A stretch of DNA of 64,000 bases from Adineta vaga (lineage: Eukaryota; Animalia; Rotifera), in contig CP075494.1 in assembly GCA_021613535.1 (NCBI GenBank), forward strand, positions 2,356,001 to 2,420,000, written 5' to 3'. The notes beneath the pieces were generated by a model that was not told the DNA's origin, searched no databases, and saw only the letters and a list, made by a program, of their open reading frames with translations. The position numbers and the translations under genes were made by a program. Numbering within the stretch: position 1 is the stretch's first letter; each line of letters begins with the position of its first letter. Shown here piece after piece: positions 50,281-61,620 of the stretch.

Positions 50281-53200
50281 TCAAATTATTCGTGGTATGA
50301 TAAATTTCAGAACTGTAACTAAACCACCAATCAATCCAAATATTGTTGTTACTATATAAATGATATCATTTCTTGTTTCATAACTATAGATACATTGTAT
50401 TGGTTTACATTCATCATAGTAATTTTCATACATTGGATAAAAATTCCATCGTTCAATCATTAAATTTTCAATAATATCTTTGATTGTAGAACTTTCGACA
50501 TATTTAGTTAGTGATGACGAATTAAGAGATTGTACTTGTATAGTTGAAGACAGTCGTACATAAGTTTGTATTTGTTGAATACACGAATCATCAAAGAAAC
50601 ATTCAAGCGTAGATTGAAGTAATGCTTCAATAGGATAACATCCTAAATAGAAATTTGGTATTGTAAACAGTTCTGTTTCAGGTCCTGCTGCATAAATAGA
50701 TAACGGTGCCTTACATTTGGCTGATTCATGACAAGAACAATTAGAATAAAAAGCTGGATATGGTCTCATATAATCATCTGAATCTGGTTCACGTAAGACA
50801 AAATTTCCCGGTAATACAGAAGCTACATTATTTATTTGAGTTGTATTACGAATGACTGCCATTGATAAAAGAAAGCTGGTTGTCAATGATGATCTAAATT
50901 GTTGAGCGAATGTCTGAGTTTGTACTTGAAATAAGTGATCGGGTGTAACAGATCGCGTAATATATTGAGTTGAATAGAATCGAATTAAATTATCAGAAAT
51001 CATTTGATTTATTACTTTACAAAACATATTCAATGATTGAAATATATACGTGCCTGTCACTCGAAAATCATATATATACGTACCGGCAGAACTTTTAGAT
51101 TCTTTAAGATACCGAATCCAATCATCGGTTACAAAGTAACTTGGCATATACGATGTAATGTATAGTTAATATAGAGAATTTCATCATAATTAGTTGCTAT
51201 TTTCGTACAAGGACATGTTAAAGTTAGGAGATATTTAGAATATAATTGCGAGTATGTTGTGAGAGAAGGTGAATAAACATGAATAGTTTTCTTAGTATGC
51301 CTCAGTGAAGTATATAAGAGTATAATTATCAACAAATAAATAAATGAGAAAATGAATAATTTTGTTGATATCCTTTGTTGTCGAAGTCGATATTGATCTG
51401 TTGTAGAGGGTACAGATGGAAACATATTTAAATTGACTGAAAACTCTTTTAACTTTTTCCATAACGCTATGATTCGTTCATAATTGATTGTTACTAAAAT
51501 GAAGAAATCAAACGAAAATTCAGTTGCTCATCAACGATAGGAGACTACCATTTTTTTATATATAGATATTCTGCTAAAGTCACTATATCATTTACTACTG
51601 AGCAATTACTATATCTCTCCGTCATACTGATAAGTTAAAAATAATTTAACTTAAGTTTTATCAGCTATACGTACCATTGATTGATCTTTGGTTTGTTCTT
51701 TTTTTTCTAATAAAGTTGACAACTTTTGGTATGATAAGTTTCAGAACTGTAACTAAACCACCAATCAATCCAAATATTGTTGTTACTATATAAATGATAT
51801 CATTTCTTGCTTCATAACTATAGATACATTGTATTGGTTTACATTCATCAAAGTAATTTTCATACATCAATGAGAAAATCCATTCTTCAATCATTAAATT
51901 TTCAATAATATCTTTGATTGTAGAACTTTCGACATATTTAGTTAGTGATGACGAATTAAGCGATGGTATCTTTATAGATGAAGATAATGCTAGATGGGGT
52001 TGTATTTGTTGAATACAAGAATCATCAAAGAAACATTCAAGAGTGGATTGAAGTAATGCTTCAATAGGATAACATCCTCTATAGAATCCTGGTACCGTAA
52101 ATACTACATTTTCGTAAGAATCTCCATAAATAGAAGAATGATCAATACTTGAGATCGACGAATCACAGCTTTGGTTAGGATAATATACACTCAACGTAGT
52201 GATTATATTCCCTCCGATGAAAAGCACAAAATTGGTCAGCGCAGCACTGTACAAAATATTGCCTTGCGTTGTGCCTCGAATCAACGAGAGAGATAATAAA
52301 AAACTTGCTATTGTTAAGGATTTGAATTCATCAGTCATTGCTTTGATTTCTGACTGAAGCGTTTCTATCGGTATAACAGATAAACTCACATATTGAGTTG
52401 AATAATATCTAATTAAATTATTAGATATTGTTTCTTTAACTAAATCACAAAATCCTTTCAGCCCTTGAAAAGCATTCATGCCTGTAAAACGAAAGTCGTA
52501 AATACTGAAATATTCCTCATAGAGCGTTCTACTAAAACTATTAATCCATTCATCAGTGATAAAATAACTCGAACATACTTGATGTATTGTATAGTTAACA
52601 GCAAGGATTTTATCATATTCAATCGATATTTTTTCACATGCACATGTTAATGTTTGTGAATATTGAGAATATAATTGTAAATATGTTGTAAGAGAAGGTG
52701 AATCGATAGTAGCAGTTTTTGTAATATTTATCAATGATGTATATAAAATGAGATTTGTTAAGGGTATTATAAGTAAAATAGTAAATAATCTTGTTGATAT
52801 GATTTCATTTCTGAGTTGGTGTGGATCAGTTGAAGGTGGTACGGATGGAAATAAATTGTAATCTTTTAGGTATTTTTTTAATTTCTTGAATAAACGAACG
52901 ATTGCTTCACGAGATGGTATGCCTACATAAAACAGAATATTCATGTTAGTATCGATGTAATATCTCATTTCAAAATGATCATAAGGATGATATTTATTTT
53001 TACGCACACTCAACATCAAATAATTGGAACTACATCAAACAGATCAATTGGTTAACACTTTGGATGATTAAATTTGTATCACATAAGAACAAAAGATAAC
53101 CAAAACTGATTTTCTATTCTCATTTTATTGATTTACGTATTGTACAAATTGGAAAGCTTTCCACCTTCTATTCTCTATGGTACATTTTATTTTCTAATAA

Positions 53201-54632
53201 GGTGTGGTAAACCATAAGATACTAGAGTGCAAAATACGACTATTCGATTCCATCTATAAGTTATTTTTCCAGGACGATCGTTGTTCTATCAACCTTTCTA
53301 TCACCTTATAATGATAAACAACAAAACTAGAAGTTCTTTTCTCACAAACATATATCAAAACACTCTTTATGTATTCCTTACCAATTTGTCGATTTTCCGC
53401 TGTTCTTTTTTTTCTAATAAAGTTGACAACTTTTGGTATGATAAGTTTCAGAACTGTAACTAAACCACCAATCAATCCAAATATTGTTGTTACTATATAA
53501 ATGATATCATTTCTTGTTTCATAACTATAGATACATTGTATTGGTTTACATTCATCAAAGTAATTTTCATACATCAATGAGAAAATCCATTCTTCAATCA
53601 TTAAATTTTCAATAATATCTTTGATTGTAGAACTTTCGACATATTTAGTTAGTGATGACGAATTAAGCGATGGTATCTTTATAGATGAAGATAATGCTAG
53701 ATGGGGTTGTATTTGTTGAATACAAGAATCATCAAAGAAACATTCAAGAGTGGATTGAAATAATGCTTCAATAGTCACGCATCCTTTATAGAAACCTGGT
53801 ACTGTAAATTGTTTTGCTAGAGCAGGATATTGATAAATAGAAGTTTCCGAGTGACATGTAGCTGTACTATCACAAAGACAGGAATCGTACCATTGTGGTT
53901 CCGGAAGTATCGTATTGCTGGGAGGTACAATGTAAAGATAATAATTTGATTGATGTACCATGAGTAAAGCATTACTATGAGTTGTACTTCGGATGAGTGA
54001 AATAGATTCGATAAATTTTGTTTTAACGGATCGTTTGAACTGTTCAGTAAATGTTTCAATTTGTGACTGTAATAAATCAATCGGTATAACAGATACACTA
54101 ATATATTGAGTTAAATAAAATTCAATTAAATTACTAGACATTGTCTCTTTAACTAAATGACAAAATTCTTTCAGTCCTTGAAAAGCATACAAGCCTATGA
54201 AGCGAAAGTCGATATTAGCCATCGTTCTATAGAGTTTCGGCCGAAAGTTACCAATCCATTCATCAGTGATAAAATAACTCGAACATACTTGATGTATTGT
54301 ATAGTTAACAGCAAGGATTTTATCATATTCAATCGATATTTTTTCACATGCACATGTTAATGTTTGTGAATATTGAGAATATAATTGTAAATATGTTGTA
54401 AGAGAAGGTGAATCAAAAGTAGTAGTTTTTGTAATATTTATCAATGATGTATATAAAATGAGATTTGTTAAGGGTAGTATAAGTAAAATAATAAATAATC
54501 TTGTTGATATGATTTCATTTCTGAGTTGATGTGGATCAGTTGAAGGTGGTACGGATGGAAATAAATTATAATTTTTTAAGTATTTTTTTAATTTTTTCGA
54601 AAATTTATTTATAATTCTAAACGTGTTTTCCA
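50281..54632 (-). pseudogene. Gene of three tandem module-exons (same cysteine-rich membrane module family), 5' end missing or decayed, one frameshift
   Basis: Exons at about 54632-53381, 52922-51676 and 51493-50281 with phase-compatible GT-AG introns. Each encodes NLFPS...STRLF-TM-CxC...HQVCSS...STLECFF...CKPIQCIY-TM. Frameshift at about 51145. A possible decayed fourth unit lies at about 55787-56100. Confidence 0.7.
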
Positions 54633-56199
54633 CTAAAAAATCAATTAGAAATATGATATATTTATCAACTGAATATCTTAACTTTTCTATTATCTTAATG
54701 TGAAATAGTTATGCAAATGTAGTTAAAAGTCTCAATTTCAGTTTTGTTCACAAAAGTGAATCAATAATGAATGTCGACAGTCGTGAAACAAGGAATTACT
54801 TTAACGATGGTATAACAGAAAGATATTTTCCTGCCCGTACATTGGAAAATAGAAATCTTTTGTTTTGCATATGAAATTTTATAAACAAAAGAATCGCGGG
54901 GAATTTGTATAAATAATACTTACTAACTATTGAACGAAATGAATGCAATAAATGCAATTATTTGATAAATGTGTGTATACTGTTGGTCGTTATTATCCAA
55001 TTGCTAAAATTTCAATAAAAACTGGATCTAAAGCTTAAAAATAATTTGTTTTTAATTCTATAATATAAATGAAAGTTATGTTTTTTGAAGATTGTTTTAC
55101 ACGATAGTTATATGAGTTTCCACAGACTTTACTAAGTTAACTCTATCTATTAAAATATATTGTCTAATACTTTCATTTTGAATATGCACAATAATCATTA
55201 AAATGCTAATAAGAAAAATATTATTTTCTACAGGAAAAACTCAACAAATTCTAAGTGTACTAGAAATAAAATATGCTATTTACTCTTTTTGTCAAATTGT
55301 TTTACTGTTTACACTGCTGCATAGCTGACAAACTTGCAAAATGAACACAATCATTCATAAAGAAGATTGGATATGGATTAACTGTAAAAGATTGATGTAT
55401 TGGATAAAATCATTATGATTCAAGTCTATTAATTACTGGTACAAAGAAAGGAAATTCTGTCATTAAATGTACAATACGCTTCGAAATGTAGGAGAGTTGA
55501 CTAGTATAAAAATTAAAATAGTTCGGCTTGAATTTTCAGTTTAACAGTATAGTCGAAAAATGATTCATCATATTTGTATAAGCAACAAATGAATAATATA
55601 AATAAAAACTAGGAAAGATTGATTGTTTAAAAAAGTATGTTCTTACTAGTTTTTACAAGAGAGTATTTATTTTTTTTATGAATGATTATTATACCGTGGG
55701 TGTATCATGCCTAAAAAAAATTACATTCTATTTATCATTTTACAGGACCACATATAATTAAAATAAAAAGAGGAAACAATGAGTACCAGATTTTCTATTC
55801 GTTATATTCTCATATAGATTTAACAGCCTGTTAATTATTTTTAAAACAACAATATGATAATCATTTTTACTGATTATACAATTGAGATAGATAAGAAAAA
55901 TACTAAAATATTTAGCATTACGATATATATATATATATAAAGATTTCATTATGTTTGGCAGACAATTTTTGTTTACTATTATAAAAAATAAATAGTTTCA
56001 TATTTTTTTCCAATATTTGTTATATCAAAAGAAATTTAAGACAGAACGTAGTTCAGAAAGAAAAGTTCGTAGAGGAACTTAATTTATGTGAAGTCTTTTA
56101 CAAAGAAATTTAATTTTCAGTGGTCATACAGTTTTAAAGTGTTCTCTAAAATCCAGCTTGAACTGTTTGAATCATTGAATTTTGACAATGGACAAAAGA

Positions 56200-56570
56200 A
56201 TTTCACTTTTAGATCAATTTGTTGATGGTAAATCAATGACACATCACCTGTTACATTGAGATTCAATAGTGTTCGGAGATTATTCTATGAATGGTACTAT
56301 AACTGAGATCAGTCTGTACTTCAATATTATCTATTGTAATATGAGAACCATCATTAATATGGTCGCGAACTTGTTCCATGCTTACAAATCATGGGTGGTC
56401 TTCAACAACTTCTCGGTCTTCAAGAAATAATTTCAGTCAACTTCCTACTTTTCAAAGGCCAGGAGCTTGATCGTCAAAAACAGAATGTAGCTCATTATAA
56501 ATAATGCTTGTTTGAATATTCGGTGCGCAGTACGTACTTTAATGTCTAAACGAAAAATTTCTTTCTCTAT
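56200..56570 (-). mobile_element. Degenerate mariner transposase remnant
   Basis: Frames read EKEIFRLDIKVRTA, IIYNELHSVFDDQAPGL, EQVRDHINDGSHITIDNIEVQTDLSYSTIHRIISEH and VTGDVSLIYHQQI. These match the mariner HTH domains and the TGDE catalytic motif, with internal deletions. Confidence 0.75.
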
Positions 56571-57060
56571 ATTAGAAAAAAAAGGATGGTGTTGTACTTT
56601 AGTCTCTCTATGTTGCTTTATCTCTGTTGGAACACAATTATACACTATGTTTATAATAATAACAATAATGAATGTGTAACACAAGCAGGCACTAGTGATA
56701 GAAGAACTTATGTAGATAAAGTTCAAGCTTTTCGAACATTCAAATCTACTAATTTATTAGTAACAACTATGTACTCACACTTCTCTTCTGTTTTAATTTA
56801 AAAATCTATCTCAATATAATCGTTTTAAAAGTAATTCCTCAGATGCAAATTCATTGTACCACAGTTGTCAATAAAAAAAAGATTCGGCGATAACCGATGA
56901 ACAATACAGATTTAAAATCATAGTGTTTGACAACCAATTTATCAATCATTGATATTTTTTCGGAATATTGATAAATGAATATATTATCATATTATATTGT
57001 CTGTTGACTTTATTTTTATCACGTATGATATTCAGTGTTGATGGTTAACCTTAGTTTATT

Positions 57061-57789
57061 TTAAATATTTATTGATGTACGAACTACAATTAGAAAAATA
57101 GAAAGAAAAATTGCCAATTTTGATGGAGTTGATATAGTGCCGAGAGCAGTAATAGTAACATCAGCACATGATAACCACATGACACCAGAACCATCTTCAT
57201 TATTACGCCAATAAAATTGAAATATTCCATCTGTTGTCGCAGTTGAAGGAACAGTTATTTGAGCCAAAACAATTTGTCCTAATTGAAATCCAATGGCTGG
57301 TGAAGGACCAATGGATGCTGTTGTCGATACATTTATATAAGTAAATGAAATTGGAGTAAATGTTGAATTAGACATTGTTCCATCACGATAACGAATTTGC
57401 CAACCATCTGTTGGATAAATTGTTTGATTTTCTGTTGTATGAATTTGAGAAATAAATATTTGAAGTGTTTGTATTGAACCAGCTCGCCATGAAGCACTTG
57501 CTGTACCACTAAATCCTGAATCGTATGTACTACCTAATGAGGCGTTAGTTAACAATGTTGAACCATTACAAGTTGTTTGACTTGTTACACTTGCCATAGC
57601 TAATGTACTATTGGCTGCTAAACTCCAAACTGGTCCTTGAGGTCCTAGTGTACCATTAGCAGTGCATGTTGAATTCATACAATAAACATTTCGAGGAGTT
57701 GGATAAACGAAATAACCATGGCCGGAAATTCTTGATACAAAATGGATTAATATTCCAAAAGCAAGAACGAGAAAACAACGAGTGAACAT
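57061..57789 (-). CDS. Lytic polysaccharide monooxygenase-like (histidine-brace, chitin-binding type-4-like) protein, probably GPI-anchored
   Basis: Signal peptide directly followed by HGYFVYPTPRN (mature His1), second His in ISQIH, FQFYW, WLSCADV and a hydrophobic C-terminal tail. Intronless. Confidence 0.75.
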   Translation of the reverse strand: MFTRCFLVLAFGILIHFVSRISGHGYFVYPTPRNVYCMNSTCTANGTLGPQGPVWSLAANSTLAMASVTSQTTCNGSTLLTNASLGSTYDSGFSGTASASWRAGSIQTLQIFISQIHTTENQTIYPTDGWQIRYRDGTMSNSTFTPISFTYINVSTTASIGPSPAIGFQLGQIVLAQITVPSTATTDGIFQFYWRNNEDGSGVMWLSCADVTITALGTISTPSKLAIFLSIFLIVVRTSINI

Positions 57790-58389
57790 TATTTAGCTGA
57801 TTTTAAGAGACTTTTTTTAGAATGAATATCAATATCGAAAAAAAAGTAATTTTATAGTGTATGGATACGCAATATCAATATGAAAATATATATATAGAAT
57901 CATGTATACCCATTGAATTGCGCATGTTAGTTATTGTATACAGAATGAATATTAAGAAAGAAGAACAGAAAAGAAATGGGCATTACTAATGAGAACGAAT
58001 ATATTATATTTTGCTTCAAATAAACAAATATGAATGGCGTAAAGGGCCTTACTTTCAATGTTTATCGGACAAAAATCATTTATGCGTTAGAAGTAAAATC
58101 TTCACATACTATTATATAAAAAGGAAGTATTACGATGATATAAATAATGCAATAGACGAGAGTAGGAAAGAAAAATAACGATATTGAAGAAAATCAAGAT
58201 TACAGATAAATTGAAAATATTTATTAACGATTATTTCTGTTTATTGATTTTACATTAAAAATAGTATTATTCATGGCGACTTGATTTATTTGTACAAGTA
58301 AAACTGTGTTCTATCAATAAAATATTGTTTCTGTAACTTATAGTTATTTATCAAGACCCTTATCGATAAAAAAAAAGAAATATTTTTCA

Positions 58390-58435
58390 TTGAGGGTATG
58401 GGTGTGGAACTAGTAGGACATACATCCACACCCAT
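58390..58435. repeat. Telomere-repeat palindrome, site P15
   Basis: TTGAGGGTATGGGTGTGG-AACTAGTAGGACATA-CATCCACACCCAT. Confidence 0.9.
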
Positions 58436-58829
58436 CTTCTTCACAATAAATTGTCGAAAATGCTACTTTCCAGTCAATTGTTAGTATATTTTTGTCTATA
58501 GAGTAAACTTGCATCTGTCAGTCATATTCAAAGCAGATGTTCAACTTTATATCTAAACTTTCATCATATAAGTAGATTGCACAACACCCTTGCAATATCT
58601 ACGATTCTTCTTTTCTTTTATACATGAATACCTTGCATTTTCATTCGTTTCTTTTATCTTGACTCAAGAGAAACAGATAAGGAAAGAATTTCATTACATT
58701 AATATAAATGTTTATATCTTCAGGATCTAACTTGCTGTCGTCATCTGAAAATAACTAGGTGCTTCTATTAATTTAAAACGTTAGACACAAATATCAGAAA
58801 GAGACAGTGATACCAAAACAGCATATAGC

Positions 58830-59420
58830 ATGAATAGTTCATATACTATAAGCAAAGGGAATGTTGAAGTAACAGATGTGACAAGATCGGCCGAGAATTT
58901 TGTAGGTGATACTCTTATGACCAGGCAACAAAAATTAATCTTAAACGAGTTTTACGGTAAATGCGATCAATCTTGGCAACTGATTTACAAAGCTACGAGA
59001 GATGGATTTGATGCCGCTTCATTTCATCGTCTCTGCACAAATCAAGGACCGACAATGACACTTGTTCAGTCAACAACTAACTGTCTGTTTGGTGGATATG
59101 CTTCAAAGAGTTGGCAATCTTCTTCAGGCTTTGTAGATGCTTCGGAATCATTTCTTTATCTGTTGACCAATGCAAATGGAAATCAACCGACAAAATTTCC
59201 TTATAATAATGATGGAAAAGCATTGTACAATTGCTATTCATACGGACCCATATTTGGTGAAGGAGCTGACTTGTATATCAGTAGCCGAAGTAATATATAT
59301 CTTTGTAGTTATTGTAATTTAGGTGTTAGCTATGTTAACTCACTTGATCTTGGCGTAAATACCTACACTGGCTCACAATTCTTTCAAACCAATGAAATTG
59401 AAATTTTCAAATTATCTTAA
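58830..59420 (+). CDS. TLDc-domain protein
   Basis: WQLIYKATRDGF...FHRLCTNQGPT...FGGY...SFLY...YGPIFG...DL...EIEIF. Confidence 0.9.
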   Translation: MNSSYTISKGNVEVTDVTRSAENFVGDTLMTRQQKLILNEFYGKCDQSWQLIYKATRDGFDAASFHRLCTNQGPTMTLVQSTTNCLFGGYASKSWQSSSGFVDASESFLYLLTNANGNQPTKFPYNNDGKALYNCYSYGPIFGEGADLYISSRSNIYLCSYCNLGVSYVNSLDLGVNTYTGSQFFQTNEIEIFKLS

Positions 59421-60189
59421 TCGTTGACAGAGACTTAAAATAAAAACTCTTATTTGCAGTCAGTTTTGTGAGAAACTCTGTTGTCTGTAGAAATTCAAGT
59501 TCGAACTATATTCGAATCGATGGATAAACTAGAATGAGCAGATGATGTACCAATATCAAAATATATTGAAATTGAGATAATATGAATAAATCAACATTGA
59601 CTACTAGTAGTTTCAAGACTAGACTTGATACATATGGATGCTTATAAATATTCAATATCGACTGAATAGAATTCAGAACATGTAAGAAAAAAGTATCGCA
59701 ACAAATGTGTAGAAAGGTGAGTAACTTTTCGATGAATATAGAAAAAGGATACATGATGATGATAAAGCATTTAATCTAGAAGATATGACAAATACAATTT
59801 TCAAGGATATACTTATGGTCCTATTCCCTTAGATCTTTAACGATGTCTCTTTGTATACCAATTGCGAAAAAATGTTAATTAAAGATTGAAAAAACTTCCA
59901 ACCAATGTATAAAATTATTTCATTTAAAATATGAGTAGTTGGTTTTGATAAACAATAATTATATTGTCAGTAAATCGAATATTAAGTAATGTAAGACGGA
60001 ATCGATTATTCCAAGTGACGATGGAATCATTATCGGATCCACGATATGACCAAAATTGATCAGTCGTATGATTTATTAGATAAATTCAATGTTTTTTATT
60101 CGAAAACTATGTTGGGCAGAAGTAAAACGCATTATTCACTGCAGAATAACATCGCTTTTTATATTTAGTGAAAATAAAAATTCGAAAGA

Positions 60190-61353
60190 AAAAAAGAAAT
60201 TTTATCAATTTGAGAATTAGTTTTAACTTGTCGAACAGTAAATAAAACAAAAGGTAATAGAAGTACTTCATGTTCATTGTCAAATTCCGAGATGTGTGGC
60301 ATATTATTCGATAGTTTTGATAAATCAATTGCAGAATCACAATAATCAGGAAAATTAAAAACCAACAATACACTTTTTCTTCGAGTTATTGATCGAGGCG
60401 CTGCTCCAAACGCCATGGCGACCTTTGGATCTTTTGAAGTTGACCAAAATGTTTTTGATCAAATTGTACCATGATATTTTAAAGACCATCGATATGCGTA
60501 TATACTGTGTTCGGTTATTCTGACACCGCGATAACATGTACCTCGAAAATGACGCCCCTTGAGTTTATCTAATGATAGTAGTAGACTGCTATACAATGCC
60601 ATAGTAATATAAAAAGGTGTTTGAAGTGTATATAAACGTATTGACTGTTCAATTTCATCATCTATTAAACCCTTTTTTGCGAACAATGTGCATTTTTTAT
60701 ATTGTTTATGATTTGTGGTAACATAGTGGTCAATTATTTTATTAAGAGTATCGAGTAATTGTCTTCTATCTGCTATTTTACCAAATAATTTTAATTGCAA
60801 GCAAGTATTAAATAGGCGTAGGATTTGTTGCATTTCTTTAGTATTTGAATTTGAGCAACCTTCCAACCAACGATCACCCTTAAATACTTCATTTACATCA
60901 CTATCATCATAATCATCACCATCATCAATTTGATCATTATTGTTTTCGACGTTCGTTTCAAATTTATTAGATTCATTCCGCATAGATTTGTCATCACAGA
61001 AACGATTAATACCTCCAGGACGATAAAATAATTCACGAATTTTTTCTGTTTGCGCTTCTTCATAAGCTGTTAAACCATGGCAATTAATCTGATGTCGTAA
61101 ACAATCATATTCAATTAATAGCAAACGAATGATTTCAGTATGCCCATAGTACGTTGCAGCTTGAAGTGGAGTACTCCCATTACTTTCTATATGATTTAAA
61201 TCTTCAAAAGAGATACAATTCAATAGTTCTTTCACTCGTTGAATATCACCATTTCGACATGTCCAATAAAATTCACTTACTTTACCTGTAGAAAGAAATA
61301 TTGAAAAAACATTCTATTGTTCATTCAAAATACTTTTCAATCTTACTCGCCAT
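60190..61353 (-). pseudogene. Ankyrin-repeat + R-S-E type ADP-ribosyltransferase gene with an in-frame TGA
   Basis: Micro-exon ATGGCGA|gtaag at 61353, ankyrin (FYWTCRNGD, GSTPLQAATYYGH), RLYT, CYRG, WSTS and ENEHEVL-type EHEVL. TGA at 60459-60461 lies between YRG and STS in one frame. The 3' end is approximate. Confidence 0.8.
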
Positions 61354-61469
61354 AAGTAATATATATCGTCTATTCTGATCGAACACAGTATAGATTTTAC
61401 AAGTTCTTCTCGTATTTAAAACCGTGAAATATGAGTACGAAAATCGCTTAATCCTTAACTGATAAAAAA

Positions 61470-61525
61470 AGGGTGTGGGTGTTAGCGGATAAGATTCATA
61501 CCCTCTCGCTCTCCGACACCCTCAA
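61470..61525. repeat. Telomere-repeat palindrome, site P16
   Basis: AGGGTGTGGGTGT-TAGCGGATAAGATT-CATACCCTCTCGCTCTCCGACACCCTCAA. Confidence 0.8.
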
Positions 61526-61620
61526 GTTTCAATTTTAACACTTATGTGTTTATTAATGAATTCTAAAATGAACTCAAAGAAACAAGACAAGAAAGAAAAA
61601 GAGTATAAGTTTGGTGTAAA

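Noticed and set aside
53160-53208. CCACCTT...AAGGTGTGG in an intron, and GTGGGTGT at about 55696
   Set aside because: Short matches, in the wrong arm order or without a partner; compatible with chance.
60459-60461. Selenocysteine at the in-frame TGA
   Set aside because: No SECIS identified and the position is not a redox Cys site; a nonsense mutation is simpler.
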